Source of the DNA: a virus
Length of the DNA stretch: 64,000 bases
Reading direction: 5' to 3' (one strand)
Virus record (IMG/VR): IMGVR_UViG_3300045988_101835
Both the position numbers and the translations under genes were made by a program. Positions within the stretch are counted from its first letter, which is position 1. Each line of letters starts with the position of its first letter. This document shows, in pieces, positions 1 to 9,998 of this stretch. Below the pieces are notes generated by a model that was not told the origin of the DNA, made no database searches, and saw only the letters and a program-made list of their open reading frames with translations.

Positions 1-10
1 GGGTTCGTCT

Positions 11-2314
11 ATGGTCCTTCCTTTTACGGTTCCGGGAAACCGTGTTACGCCGTGGAAGTTGTACTTGGAGCTTCAGTCGGGTTCTTTCCAGAGCAGTTAC
101 GTTAAGTTGGGTTCGGATGTTCTGTCTTCCAGTGTCTGGGTTTTCGCTCAGGCCCAGAGTAGCTCTACGAGTGACGTTGTGAGTCCGGTCTTTCCTTATA
201 CGAGTTATAATGCGTCTTTGTCGTCTCCGCAGGCTAAGTTGTACAAGGTCCGTGCCTTGTGGGATTATACGACGTGCGTTCTGTTCGGTGATAGTAACTG
301 GGCGCAGCCTGTTTTGCCGTCGCAGTATAATTATACGGTTGTTTGGCTTCAGGGGACCTATAATAGGTTCACTGTATCTTCGGGCAGTCGCCTTGAGGTT
401 ACGACGCCGAGTTATACGGGTTCTTTGCCGCTTTTGTCGTCTTCGGACTCCACGGATCTTGGGTTCTATGTTTCGTCGTCACAGGATGGCGAGACGCAGT
501 CGTTATCATATGCCCGCAATTACCTTCTTAGTGAGGTTTTCAAGAATTCGGGTATTGTCACAGAGTCCCAGATTCGTAATTTCGTATTGAGCTTTCCTAG
601 TGTCCAGAGTTGCTGGCTTGATGTTTCTCCGGGAGTTATTTCCATTTATGTTAAGCCCACGCATGAGGGCGATAGTGCCTTTGAGTTCTTGACGGATTAC
701 TTGTATCAGTACGGGGTTCCGGGTCCTAAGTATAGCACTAGTGTCTCCCAGCCGTTGCTGTTCACGGTTGTTCTGCATGATGTTAGTAGTGCTGGTTCGA
801 GCCAGCTTCCACGTGCTATGTCTTTGCTTCGTGAGTTGTACTCGTACGATAATGTCACGTTGTCGACACAGGTTTCGAGTGCTTTGATCCAGCAGGAGCT
901 TACGTTGCAGGGTATCTCGGGTATTACGGCTACGATTCGTGCCATTGAGGAGCTTACGGAGGAGGTTTCGAACTCTTTGGTTCTGCGGTCTTTGCCGTCG
1001 GAGGGTACTATTGTGCTGTACGACGCTTCGGGGCTTGTTTTGGGCTTTGACTCTACGGGCCGCTTTAAGGAGTATGTGATCTTAGATTCCGGCCTTAGTA
1101 ACGCCTTGAACGCTGCCGATGTTTCGATGTCGGGTTTGGGTGATTACGTTTGGCTTGGCGGGGGCAGCGTAAGTTACTTGGTATCGCTGGATGATGGGCG
1201 CCTTCTTCTTTCGGACTCGTCTGTAGCGCTTCCGCCTTTGTCGGCATCTTTTGCTCCTTATGGTAGTGGCTTGTACGCTATGTGGTATGATGGGGTCGAT
1301 AATGGTACGGATGCTAAGCTTGTTCGTTTGTATCAGGATTCGAGTGTTTTCCATTCGGGTAAGTATTCTATCTTCTCTCATCCGTCGTATGTTACTCCGC
1401 TTTCTAACGGTGTCGGGGGTGTTGACTTCGTAGTTCGTCCCGATTCGTCGTTTACGGTTAACGGTGTTCTTGGTGTTAGTGGTTCGGGGCCGTCTTCGGA
1501 TAGCCTTATTTGCTCTGTCACCTCTACTCAGAGTGTTACGGTCGGTGAGTCTACTTATTATCCTAGTGGTCTTGCTCGCTACCGCCGCACGGGCAGCAAT
1601 TATTACTATGACTTGACGTTGTTGTTGTCTGCTACTCCTGCATCTTATGTGAATGCTTCGGCTTTTTATAATGGGGTATGGTATATGCCTTTGACGGATA
1701 TGTCTTCGTCGGAGGCGGGTCTTACGGGCTTTGACATCTATGCTCCAGATGGGTCTTCTATTGGTGACGGTAGTTCCAACTGGTCTAAGAGCCTTAGCTT
1801 GACTATGCTTAATGCAGGTGTTGGGTCTTTGGAGGGTGCTACACCTTTGTCGCTTCGTGTTGTTGATCCGTCTACGATGTATGCGTTGTATACACGTGGT
1901 TCGGGTGACAGTTTGAAGTACTACTTCGGTGTTGTTTACTTCGTCATTTCCGTTTCGGAGTCTTCGGAGTTCCGTTACAGATTGATCTCGGAGGTTGAGT
2001 TCGGTGCTTCGGCTTACCCGTCTTCTATTTTGTCTGCTTCGAGTGGTTTGGTCACGCTTGGCGGCTTAGTTAACGGCAGTCGTCTTTTCTGGTCGGGTTC
2101 TGCTTCGAGCATTACGGCTTCAGGTTATTCGACACTTGGTGCTGGCTTGAGTTCGAGTTTGGTTTTGTCTACGGTAGGTAGTGTTGACTATTCGACGGGT
2201 ACGATCTACGGCTTGGTTGGCGGTGGTCTTGGTGAGTACGTGGAGTACGAGATTGCTTCCACGCTTACGGGCGGTGCTACTTATCCTTTGTTGTCGGACG
2301 TTGTTGTAGATTAG
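11..2314 (+). CDS. hypothetical Ser/Thr/Gly-rich virion (tail-associated?) protein
   Basis: 767-aa ORF with the phage-typical T/G third-position bias. The frame stays open to the window edge, so the start may lie upstream. No catalytic motif recognised. Confidence 0.6.
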   Translation: MVLPFTVPGNRVTPWKLYLELQSGSFQSSYVKLGSDVLSSSVWVFAQAQSSSTSDVVSPVFPYTSYNASLSSPQAKLYKVRALWDYTTCVLFGDSNWAQPVLPSQYNYTVVWLQGTYNRFTVSSGSRLEVTTPSYTGSLPLLSSSDSTDLGFYVSSSQDGETQSLSYARNYLLSEVFKNSGIVTESQIRNFVLSFPSVQSCWLDVSPGVISIYVKPTHEGDSAFEFLTDYLYQYGVPGPKYSTSVSQPLLFTVVLHDVSSAGSSQLPRAMSLLRELYSYDNVTLSTQVSSALIQQELTLQGISGITATIRAIEELTEEVSNSLVLRSLPSEGTIVLYDASGLVLGFDSTGRFKEYVILDSGLSNALNAADVSMSGLGDYVWLGGGSVSYLVSLDDGRLLLSDSSVALPPLSASFAPYGSGLYAMWYDGVDNGTDAKLVRLYQDSSVFHSGKYSIFSHPSYVTPLSNGVGGVDFVVRPDSSFTVNGVLGVSGSGPSSDSLICSVTSTQSVTVGESTYYPSGLARYRRTGSNYYYDLTLLLSATPASYVNASAFYNGVWYMPLTDMSSSEAGLTGFDIYAPDGSSIGDGSSNWSKSLSLTMLNAGVGSLEGATPLSLRVVDPSTMYALYTRGSGDSLKYYFGVVYFVISVSESSEFRYRLISEVEFGASAYPSSILSASSGLVTLGGLVNGSRLFWSGSASSITASGYSTLGAGLSSSLVLSTVGSVDYSTGTIYGLVGGGLGEYVEYEIASTLTGGATYPLLSDVVVD

Positions 2315-2320
2315 AGTGTC

Positions 2321-4282
2321 ATGACTTTAGATGCTGTTCGTGAGGTTTTCCGGAGTTACTTTTTGGAGGAGCTTAGGGTTGATCCGGGTTGGGATGAGTT
2401 CTTGGATCTCATCCTTTCGAACATGGACCTTCGTGCTCTGGACTTCATGCAGTCTAATGGGGTTCCTTATAGTATTGCTTTTAATGATTTTGGGGATCTG
2501 TTTAAGACGTCGGGTCCTTTCGTCGAGGTTCTACATGTTTCCGGTTCATCACGTTCTTCTGAGGGTTATACTTTGTTGGGCTTCAACATGCCGCTTCGGT
2601 ATAAGTTTCTATCGGAGTCGGGCCTGACTACGACAGACCTTCAGTGGTTTGACTTTACGGCTGCTTCTCTGATGTCGCGTCCTCAGTCTGTGAGCTATTA
2701 TACGAGTACAGATTTGGATGCCGCCCCTCAGTGGTTGCTTCGTCCGTCTTGCTATTACTATGTTCCCCAGACGGAGGAGGAGGCTGTGTCGCTGGATACG
2801 CTTCAGGGTCTTTCTGTTCTTGTCGATCCGGTTGTTCCTATTACATGGTCGGAGCGTGTTGACTTGTTTACGTATGCGGATGGTAAGCCTTGCTGCTTCT
2901 TTGTCAAGATATGGGATTATGTCCATGATGAATCCGGGGCTATTTTGCGCGATGCTGTGTCTGGGGAGTACTTCCCTACCATTCCTGCATTACAGCTCGC
3001 CACAGTGCCCGAAACGCTTAATGGTGCTGAGATTTTGAATGCCCGCCGACGGTCGGGTGCTGGGACTTCTCTGTATGGCACTTCTCCGTATGCGTCTGCT
3101 CTGTTTGGTGCTCTGTTTGGCTTGGGTTTGAACTACGCGGAGGTTCCGTTTCGTATTTACTTGGCGAGTGATGACCGTTTAGGTACTCCTACGGCGTCTT
3201 ATTCGTCGTTCGTTGAGTTCTGGCAGGTTCTGGATGCACTTCATGACTTCTTGCCGCGGTCTGTGTTTTTGAATCCGGAGGTTGTGGGTTTGGTTTCGGC
3301 GGAGGATACACGTGTTGATGCTGTTCGTGATTATTGGGGTACGGGTGATAGTATTGTTTCGTCTTTCTCCACTAAGGATCGTCTTCGTCGCATAGCTACT
3401 CGTTATGGTAGTATTCTTGGCTATGACAAGAAGCTTTGGGTTGTAGGGTCTAATGCTCCTTTCTCGGATTTGAACTTCTTGGGTCATGACGGGGGTGACG
3501 CTTCTGCGCCTTATATCAACACGCTGCCTACGGATATGTACTTTACGCAGTATGGTTCGTCGGCGTCGGCTCCGGGTGGGAGCGTTCGTGTTTTCTCGGA
3601 TGTTGCTGCATGGGAGGCATATGTTTACAACACTTCCGATCCTATTTACATTAGTCCGGTTACCATTAGGCTTGATTTGTCGTCATGGTCGGGTAAGCTT
3701 TTGGTTTCGCCTACCGATGGTTCTGGGGTTACGGATTACCTTGTTACTCCGGATTCTCGTCTTGGTGAGCCAGTTTACGGCATCACTAAGAACTATGTTG
3801 ACATGTCGATTCCGGATGGTTTTATCAACCGTTTAGTTCTGTCTTTTGGTGTTTCGGAGGATACTTTCATTGCTAGTCAGTTCGGCGGAGATAGTGCTGC
3901 TGCGTCCGCTTTTCTTTCTAGGCTTCAGTCTTTGCTTGAGGGTGCGGTTCCAGCCGGGGTTTCGGTTCAGGTTCTTTTTGGCACAGATGCCCATCCCGTT
4001 ACTCTCCGCTTTGCTATGGAGGTTGGTACTCCGGATTTCTTTATACGTGTTAGTCCTAGTGTTGTGACGAGTTCCGGCTCGGAGTCTTTCTCGTCTTCGG
4101 TTAGTGTTGAGTCCAATACTGCATGGCATGTGACGTCTCGCGTTGCGCCTTACATTCGTGTTGGTGCGAATGAGTATGAGACTTCGAGTTCTTACACTGT
4201 AGAGCTGGATCCTACGTCGGGGAGTCCTGCTTCGGTTTATGTTGCCACCAATTCGACGGTAGTAGTTAACGGTTCGGTTTAG
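2321..4282 (+). CDS. hypothetical virion protein with C-terminal BACON-like motif
   Basis: 653-aa ORF starting 6 nt after the upstream stop. The C-terminal 'SVESNTAWHVTS...VYVATN' resembles the Bacteroidetes BACON domain pattern (sNt.W.v.s). Confidence 0.6.
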   Translation: MTLDAVREVFRSYFLEELRVDPGWDEFLDLILSNMDLRALDFMQSNGVPYSIAFNDFGDLFKTSGPFVEVLHVSGSSRSSEGYTLLGFNMPLRYKFLSESGLTTTDLQWFDFTAASLMSRPQSVSYYTSTDLDAAPQWLLRPSCYYYVPQTEEEAVSLDTLQGLSVLVDPVVPITWSERVDLFTYADGKPCCFFVKIWDYVHDESGAILRDAVSGEYFPTIPALQLATVPETLNGAEILNARRRSGAGTSLYGTSPYASALFGALFGLGLNYAEVPFRIYLASDDRLGTPTASYSSFVEFWQVLDALHDFLPRSVFLNPEVVGLVSAEDTRVDAVRDYWGTGDSIVSSFSTKDRLRRIATRYGSILGYDKKLWVVGSNAPFSDLNFLGHDGGDASAPYINTLPTDMYFTQYGSSASAPGGSVRVFSDVAAWEAYVYNTSDPIYISPVTIRLDLSSWSGKLLVSPTDGSGVTDYLVTPDSRLGEPVYGITKNYVDMSIPDGFINRLVLSFGVSEDTFIASQFGGDSAAASAFLSRLQSLLEGAVPAGVSVQVLFGTDAHPVTLRFAMEVGTPDFFIRVSPSVVTSSGSESFSSSVSVESNTAWHVTSRVAPYIRVGANEYETSSSYTVELDPTSGSPASVYVATNSTVVVNGSV

Positions 4283-4295
4283 TATTGTAGGTATC

Positions 4296-4880
4296 ATGAT
4301 AGTTTCTAGTTCTTTGCGTGCCGCGGGCACCACGTCGGTTGTTACGGAGGATGTTGTGGGGATCTTGTCGCGTCTTATGCTTTTGCCGTCTTCGGATGAT
4401 ACTCGCAAGTTGTCGGACTATGCGGTTACGAATGTTCTTTACTTCAAGAAGGACATTCTGTCTACTGCTTCGTCTCTGCTTCGTGGTGCTGCGGGTCTAA
4501 CCTTTTCGGATGTCCAGCCGCATGTTCTGTACTGCGACTCTTTAGCATCGGGCTTAGTTGTTTCTCAGCCGGAGCTTATTAACGAGGAGGGTATCGTTGG
4601 TTATCATACTGTTGTTACGTCCACTCTTGCCGCCGATATTCCTGTAGTAGATGATGGTCTTATTTACGGCATGGGTTTGCTTCTTGGTGGCAATACGGAT
4701 AACCATAGTGCTAATTCGCAGCCTGCGAATCCGTCTTTCTATTATGGTGCGGGGACGTATGACGACATGCGTAATTACCTTTTTGTTGTTACATTGTTTT
4801 CGGCGGATTCTCCCATTTCGAAGGAGGCGGATAAGGTTCTGACTCAGTCTTGGGATGTTCATTATATCTGTGAGCTTTAG
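4296..4880 (+). CDS. hypothetical protein
   Basis: 194-aa ORF, tightly packed after the previous gene, with phage codon style. Confidence 0.55.
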   Translation: MIVSSSLRAAGTTSVVTEDVVGILSRLMLLPSSDDTRKLSDYAVTNVLYFKKDILSTASSLLRGAAGLTFSDVQPHVLYCDSLASGLVVSQPELINEEGIVGYHTVVTSTLAADIPVVDDGLIYGMGLLLGGNTDNHSANSQPANPSFYYGAGTYDDMRNYLFVVTLFSADSPISKEADKVLTQSWDVHYICEL

Positions 4881-4946
4881 TGCTGGCTTCTTGGTTGGTA
4901 CGTTTATGGAGGACATGGCTTCGGTCATGTCTTTTCTTTGTGTGTT

Positions 4947-6569
4947 ATGGGTAGGTTTTTTAAAGACGGTTTTCAGTTATTTCCGGAGCAGATTGAATTG
5001 GCTAAGGGTCTTTCTAGCCGTAAGCGTGCTATCCTGATCGACAGTACGGGTAACGGCAAGACGCTTGTATGTTTATATTCCTACAGTTACTTGAAGTCGA
5101 AGGGTTTAGCAGATTGTCTTTTGGTTCTCACGCCTAAGAATGCTTATGACAAGCGGGTCTGGGCGAAGGATGCTGCGGCTCATACTCATTTGACGTCCAT
5201 TTCTTTGGATGACTTCATCAAGAAGGTTTCTGGTGGTGCTGACGTTCTGGAGCTTCTGAATAGCTATGATGTTGTTTACGGCAAGCATACTCATTGCAAG
5301 ACGGATTACGGTGTCCTTCGTCAGATTTATATGTCTTCTTGTAAGTTGGTTACGGTTCTTGATGAGGTCCATGCCTTCAAGAATTCGAAGGCTCAGCTTA
5401 CTTCCACTATGAGTTTGCTTGTTAAGAACTGCTATGCGTTGTGGGGTGTTACTGCCACGGTGCTGAGTAAGAACTGCATGGATACCTACCATTTGGTTAA
5501 CTTCGTCTATCCTCGGTTTTTCACGTCGGTTCGTGGGTTCCAGAGCCAGTTCTGTAAGGTCGAGGAGAAGGTCATTGGTCGCAATCCGGATAAGACTCTA
5601 CGCAAGGCTCGTATCATTACGGATTATAAGGATAGCGCTGCTTTGATGGACTATCTACGTCCGGTTATGATTGTCGGCACGCCACCTGTTCCTTTAGATA
5701 TTCACTTCATTGATTACACGATGTCGGCTTCTGAGCAGGACTTGTACGCTAAGGTTGCTAATGGTTTGATGTTGTCGGGCGAGAGTGATGACGCCACTTG
5801 GATTCAGCAGGTTGTGTCGCGTTCTGAGATTCGTGAGGGTGCCGTCCGGTCGGTCAAGGACTTGGAGCGTCATAGTTCTCGTTTTATCTATCTTCAGGCG
5901 GTCACGGATGGTTGCTTGAATTCGGATGGTACGTTTGGTGTTGGAGGTTCTCGCAAGCTGGATTCTTTACTGACGCTGGTCAGTGATATTGCTTCTCGGA
6001 ACGAGTCGGTTTTGGTTTATTTCGATTTCTATTCGTCATTGGATGCTGCCATGTATCACCTTCAGCGTTCCGGCATTACGGATTCCCGTGGCAGGTCCAT
6101 TGTCGTTGTTGAGTCTTCGTCTCGGAATGTCCTTAAGCCTACACAGGCTACGGAGTCGCAGTGCTTCATGAATAGTTATGTTATTCTGTGTACTCGTGCC
6201 GCTTCGGAGTCTGCCAATTACACTTACATTAATAATGTCGTATTGTTCGACGTTCCGGTCACGCCTATTCCGTTCCTTCAGTTTATTGGCCGCATTACGC
6301 GCAAGACGAGTAAGTTTTTAGGTGATCTTCATTTGTGGATATTCCGCAGTGATGACATTTCGGAGTATAAGCTTCAGCTTGTAGGCTTCAAGGTTTATAT
6401 GCAGGAGAAGATCAGCTTTGAGATTCATAATTTCCCGCGTGAGTATGTTAAGCCGATGTCGGATGCGGAGCACCTTCGAGTTGCAAAGCAGCATCTGCTG
6501 TGGAAGGGTCGCAAGCCGCGTCTTACGCGGTCGTCTCAGATTGTTCCGCAGGGCGGTACTCTCTTTTAG
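4947..6569 (+). CDS. SNF2/DExH-type superfamily-2 helicase
   Basis: Motif I 'DSTGNGKT', motif II 'LDEVHAF', motif III-like 'GVTAT', motif VI 'QFIGRITRK'. The first in-frame ATG at 4947 was chosen over the TTG at 4938. Confidence 0.75.
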   Translation: MGRFFKDGFQLFPEQIELAKGLSSRKRAILIDSTGNGKTLVCLYSYSYLKSKGLADCLLVLTPKNAYDKRVWAKDAAAHTHLTSISLDDFIKKVSGGADVLELLNSYDVVYGKHTHCKTDYGVLRQIYMSSCKLVTVLDEVHAFKNSKAQLTSTMSLLVKNCYALWGVTATVLSKNCMDTYHLVNFVYPRFFTSVRGFQSQFCKVEEKVIGRNPDKTLRKARIITDYKDSAALMDYLRPVMIVGTPPVPLDIHFIDYTMSASEQDLYAKVANGLMLSGESDDATWIQQVVSRSEIREGAVRSVKDLERHSSRFIYLQAVTDGCLNSDGTFGVGGSRKLDSLLTLVSDIASRNESVLVYFDFYSSLDAAMYHLQRSGITDSRGRSIVVVESSSRNVLKPTQATESQCFMNSYVILCTRAASESANYTYINNVVLFDVPVTPIPFLQFIGRITRKTSKFLGDLHLWIFRSDDISEYKLQLVGFKVYMQEKISFEIHNFPREYVKPMSDAEHLRVAKQHLLWKGRKPRLTRSSQIVPQGGTLF

Positions 6570-6603
6570 TTTTTTTTTTCTGGTGTGTTCTAAACTTAAG
6601 ACT

Positions 6604-8103
6604 ATGGAGGATATGTTTGGTGATTTAGGGATTGTTGACGCGCAGGGTTGGCGTGTCTCCGAGTTTTCTGCTGGCGGTGTTAACTCTCAGAAAGCCCGTC
6701 TTGCTTTAGAAGAGCGGTATTGGCCTATCACCGAAATAACCGAGCGATTTAATCGTCAAAGCGTCAGTTATCAATTAAGCAAAAGAGATTGTCTGCATAA
6801 ATGGTTAAAATACAAGGAGGGTTTTTCTGCCGAGTTGGTCAGTGCCCTTTTGCGTGATTTTCGTTTACAAAAGGGCGATCTAGTAGTAGATCCTTTTATG
6901 GGGTCAGGTACGACGGCTTTAGTATCAATGTTCAATGGGTACAATAGTCTTGGTTTTGATATTTTGCCTATGTCAGAAATTGCTATTCGTGCAAAGACTG
7001 CTATTTATGTATATGATGTATTGGAGCTGAAGGAGCTTCTTAAAGAGGTGGTAAACTTGCACGTTCCGGAAGAGTATGCAGGGCGCACTCCTGAAATAGG
7101 AATTACTAAAGACGGTTATCCCAGTGAGACGAGTCGTGATTTGGCCTATTATAAAGAACATTTTCTCAATTCCAGATATTCTGAGACTACGAAAATGCTT
7201 CTTGAGCTTTGTACTTTGAATGCTTTGGAGCGTATAAGCTACTCTGCAAAAGATGGGCAATATCTTAGATGGGATTATCGCTGTCCCAAGATTACTGCTG
7301 CTTCGGAGGCTAGATTAAGACAGGGTAAGAAGCCTTTTGCTGTCAAATTGGATAAAGGGTCCTTGCCGTCCCTCAAAGAAGTATTACTGGAAGAATTAAG
7401 TGGTGTCCTTCGGGATATAGAATACTTAAATAATACTCCTATTGGGTTTGATACGCAATGTAATTTTATTGAGGGAAGTGCGCTTTTTGAATTACCGAAG
7501 CTTGCAGACGGAACAGTTAGCGCAGTAATATCTTCTCCTCCATACTGTAACCGATATGATTACACTCGCACCTACGCTTTGGAGTTAGCCTATTTGGGGT
7601 TATCCGAGGCTGATGTGCGGGCATTACGTCAGGACTTATTGTCGTGTACAGTTGAGAATAAATCTAAAATTGAGCAACTGCGGGATTATTATCATCAAAT
7701 AGGGCAGGAAGATCATTATGACAGGACAATGAAGATCGTCGATGGAAATGCGGCACTTCAAGAAATAAATAACGCTTTGAAGAGCCGTAATGAAAACGGA
7801 GAGATAAACAATAAGGGAGTCCTTAAAATGGTGGATGGGTATTTCACAGAATTGACCTTTCTGTTTTCTGAGTTGTATCGCGTATGTAAGACTGGTGCAT
7901 ACGTCGCTTTCGTTAATGATAACGTAAGGTATGCGGGCGAAGTTATTCCGGTTGATTTTCTCACTACCAATTTGGCCGAGCAAATAGGTTTTACTCCAGT
8001 AAAGATTTACACTTTAAAGCAACAAAAAGGTAATAGTAGTCAGCAGATGAAGAGATATGGACGAGTAGCTTTGCGAAAAAGCATTACTATTTGGCAGAAA
8101 TAG
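6604..8103 (+). CDS. DNA methyltransferase (N6-adenine or N4-cytosine class)
   Basis: AdoMet motif I 'VVDPFMGSGTT' and catalytic motif IV 'SSPPYCNRYDY' about 200 aa later (alpha-like motif order). ATG at 6604 chosen because the upstream part of ORF 6418-8103 overlaps the helicase. Codon usage is A-rich at third positions, unlike the flanking phage genes. Confidence 0.8.
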   Translation: MEDMFGDLGIVDAQGWRVSEFSAGGVNSQKARLALEERYWPITEITERFNRQSVSYQLSKRDCLHKWLKYKEGFSAELVSALLRDFRLQKGDLVVDPFMGSGTTALVSMFNGYNSLGFDILPMSEIAIRAKTAIYVYDVLELKELLKEVVNLHVPEEYAGRTPEIGITKDGYPSETSRDLAYYKEHFLNSRYSETTKMLLELCTLNALERISYSAKDGQYLRWDYRCPKITAASEARLRQGKKPFAVKLDKGSLPSLKEVLLEELSGVLRDIEYLNNTPIGFDTQCNFIEGSALFELPKLADGTVSAVISSPPYCNRYDYTRTYALELAYLGLSEADVRALRQDLLSCTVENKSKIEQLRDYYHQIGQEDHYDRTMKIVDGNAALQEINNALKSRNENGEINNKGVLKMVDGYFTELTFLFSELYRVCKTGAYVAFVNDNVRYAGEVIPVDFLTTNLAEQIGFTPVKIYTLKQQKGNSSQQMKRYGRVALRKSITIWQK

Positions 8104-8139
8104 CATTATATTTTTTGCGGTTACCTGTGTTGTATGCAT

Positions 8140-8216
8140 TTAACGGGCGTGAAGAGGTCGGTTGTGGCTTCGACGAAGCGTCAATATGTGCAAGTTATTA
8201 ATTGTATATACTCACC
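8140..8216 (+). mobile_element. orphan right-end / omega-RNA-like fragment of the TnpB element family (no tnpB ORF)
   Basis: 'acgggcgtgaagaggtcggttgtggcttcgacgaagcgtcaatatgtgcaagttattaattgtatatactcacc' aligns by eye with the last ~80 nt of the three full elements (28690-28765, 38990-39062, 49322-49397), including the conserved hairpin and the terminal ...tcacc. Confidence 0.7.
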
Positions 8217-8233
8217 TTTTAAAATAGTATTTT

Positions 8234-8581
8234 ATGGATATTACGGGCATTTTTTCGGAGAGCTTTTGGTGGCTTGCTCCGGCACTTTCCGCCGCTACGG
8301 TTTTGCTGGCGGGTGTTGCTAATGGTCTTTTCAAGATCACGAATGGTATCTGGCCGCAGGTTGTGGCTTGGGTTATCGGCACGGCTCTGTCGGTTGACGC
8401 CTACTTTGCGGGCTTGATTGAGATGGGTCAGCCGGAGTGGCTTGGTGTTGTGATGCTGTGTGTAGTCGTTGGTTTGTCTTCGAACGGCATCTACGACATT
8501 CCTGCCATTAAGGCATGGGTTGATGCTTGGTTCGCCAAGAAGCCTACGACCTCTACAGCCAAGAAGAAGACGCAGAAGTAG
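8234..8581 (+). CDS. small membrane protein (holin-like?)
   Basis: 115-aa ORF with about three hydrophobic segments and a Lys-rich C-terminal tail. The function is a guess from architecture only. Confidence 0.55.
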   Translation: MDITGIFSESFWWLAPALSAATVLLAGVANGLFKITNGIWPQVVAWVIGTALSVDAYFAGLIEMGQPEWLGVVMLCVVVGLSSNGIYDIPAIKAWVDAWFAKKPTTSTAKKKTQK

Positions 8582-8671
8582 ATAGTTCTGCTCTGTGTGT
8601 AGGAGTTTAGTCCGGATGACTTTAGTTATATGGACTTTTTTTTTCGTTTAACATTGTTTTTTTTTTATAAA

Positions 8672-8703
8672 TTTGGATTTATAATTTTAATTATCTACTT
8701 TTG
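8672..8703 (+). promoter_or_regulatory. Bacteroides-type promoter (-33 TTTG / -7 TAnnTTTG)
   Basis: TTTG at 8672-8675, a 20-nt spacer, then TACTTTTG at 8696-8703. Preceded by a T-run, with an ATG 42 nt downstream. Confidence 0.6.
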
Positions 8704-8744
8704 TGTTGTAGATATAGTTCTACGGATAATTTAATTTCGATTTG

Positions 8745-9431
8745 ATGGTGCGTGATATTACTAATCTTGTATGTCCTAAGCGTATTTTATACTTGTGGGA
8801 TATTCATAATCAGTTGATCGATGATTCGGGCTATGAGTTGATTAGCGATTTTGAGTATTACAAGAAAGCTATTTCCTCCCACTTGGAGCCTTATGCTGAT
8901 ATTCTAGATTACTCATGTTTGCCTATTTCTGAAGTACAAGCTATTTCTGCTGAGTATAAGTTTGTGCGTGAGCTTGTTCAGTTGAATTACCTACTTAGTT
9001 GCAATGATCCTGTTGTTCGTCATGGTTATATGGACTTGCATTTTTCGGGTAGGTCCTCCTATTTGTTTTCGGGTAGGCATGATGCTTCTCAAGTTTTGTT
9101 TGACGTTAAGTTCCACGATGGTCTTCCTTCGATATCTCAGTTGGAGTTGGTGGCTACGTTTTATACTAAGTCTAAGAATCTTTCTAAGCTTGTCTCTAAG
9201 CGATTAGGTATCGATGCTTTTAAGTCTGCGTCAAATCCGTTGGCTAGTTATATGGATCGTTTGAGCAATGGGTTTGCGTTACATATTTATCGTTCTGTAT
9301 CTGATCGTAGTCGTCATTCTATTTCGGATGTCTCTTTTATATGTGATTTTTATAAGGATATTCCTGAGTTGCGTGTGAAGCATTACATTCCTTCAATTAC
9401 GACCGCTTTAGAGGTGTTTGACTGTTTGTAG
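8745..9431 (+). CDS. hypothetical early protein
   Basis: ORF downstream of a host-type promoter. No motif recognised. Confidence 0.6.
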   Translation: MVRDITNLVCPKRILYLWDIHNQLIDDSGYELISDFEYYKKAISSHLEPYADILDYSCLPISEVQAISAEYKFVRELVQLNYLLSCNDPVVRHGYMDLHFSGRSSYLFSGRHDASQVLFDVKFHDGLPSISQLELVATFYTKSKNLSKLVSKRLGIDAFKSASNPLASYMDRLSNGFALHIYRSVSDRSRHSISDVSFICDFYKDIPELRVKHYIPSITTALEVFDCL

Positions 9432-9464
9432 CTGCAAGTACGTTGATGCTTAAAAATTTTAGTT

Positions 9465-9989
9465 ATGCTTATCACGAAGGATAATATTAAGGATTTCTCT
9501 TTGGGGCTTTCGTTGTCTTCCGGGGACGTTGTTCAGTTTGATATTGACTGCTACCTTCTGGAGTATGTTTATACTTCCGATGTTGAAGGCTGTAAGTTGT
9601 CTTTTCGTGGTGACGCTAATGGCATTTTTAATGCTACGCCTAACCCGGATTACGTTGTTACGGAGGGTGGCATGCTGGGTACGGTCTTACGCTTGTTGGG
9701 TTGTCGTGCCAAGGATATTAAAGTGTTTTATCGTTTGATTTACGGTGCAGACTCGGAGTCAGTTTTTCCTTATTTTCCGCTCGGCTGCCTTCGTTCGACC
9801 TTTAAGTCCGCATGTGCTCCGATGTATGTCCTTAACGCAGTCGTGGCGGTGTTTAGGCTTATGGGTTATTCAGTCCATCCGTCTTTCGATTTAGGTCCGG
9901 AGTTTTATGAGTTTATGGTTAAGATTCGTGATTTATCATATAACGGGCGTAGTGCCTTTGTTTTAGGTTCTAGGTTCACGATAGGTTAG
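9465..9989 (+). CDS. hypothetical protein
   Basis: 174-aa ORF with phage codon style. Confidence 0.55.
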   Translation: MLITKDNIKDFSLGLSLSSGDVVQFDIDCYLLEYVYTSDVEGCKLSFRGDANGIFNATPNPDYVVTEGGMLGTVLRLLGCRAKDIKVFYRLIYGADSESVFPYFPLGCLRSTFKSACAPMYVLNAVVAVFRLMGYSVHPSFDLGPEFYEFMVKIRDLSYNGRSAFVLGSRFTIG

Positions 9990-9998
9990 AAGCTTCAT

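Noticed and set aside
6418-6603. Upstream extension of the methyltransferase ORF
   Set aside because: It overlaps the 3' end of the helicase gene in another frame and has junk-like Arg/Ser composition. The first convincing start is the ATG at 6604.
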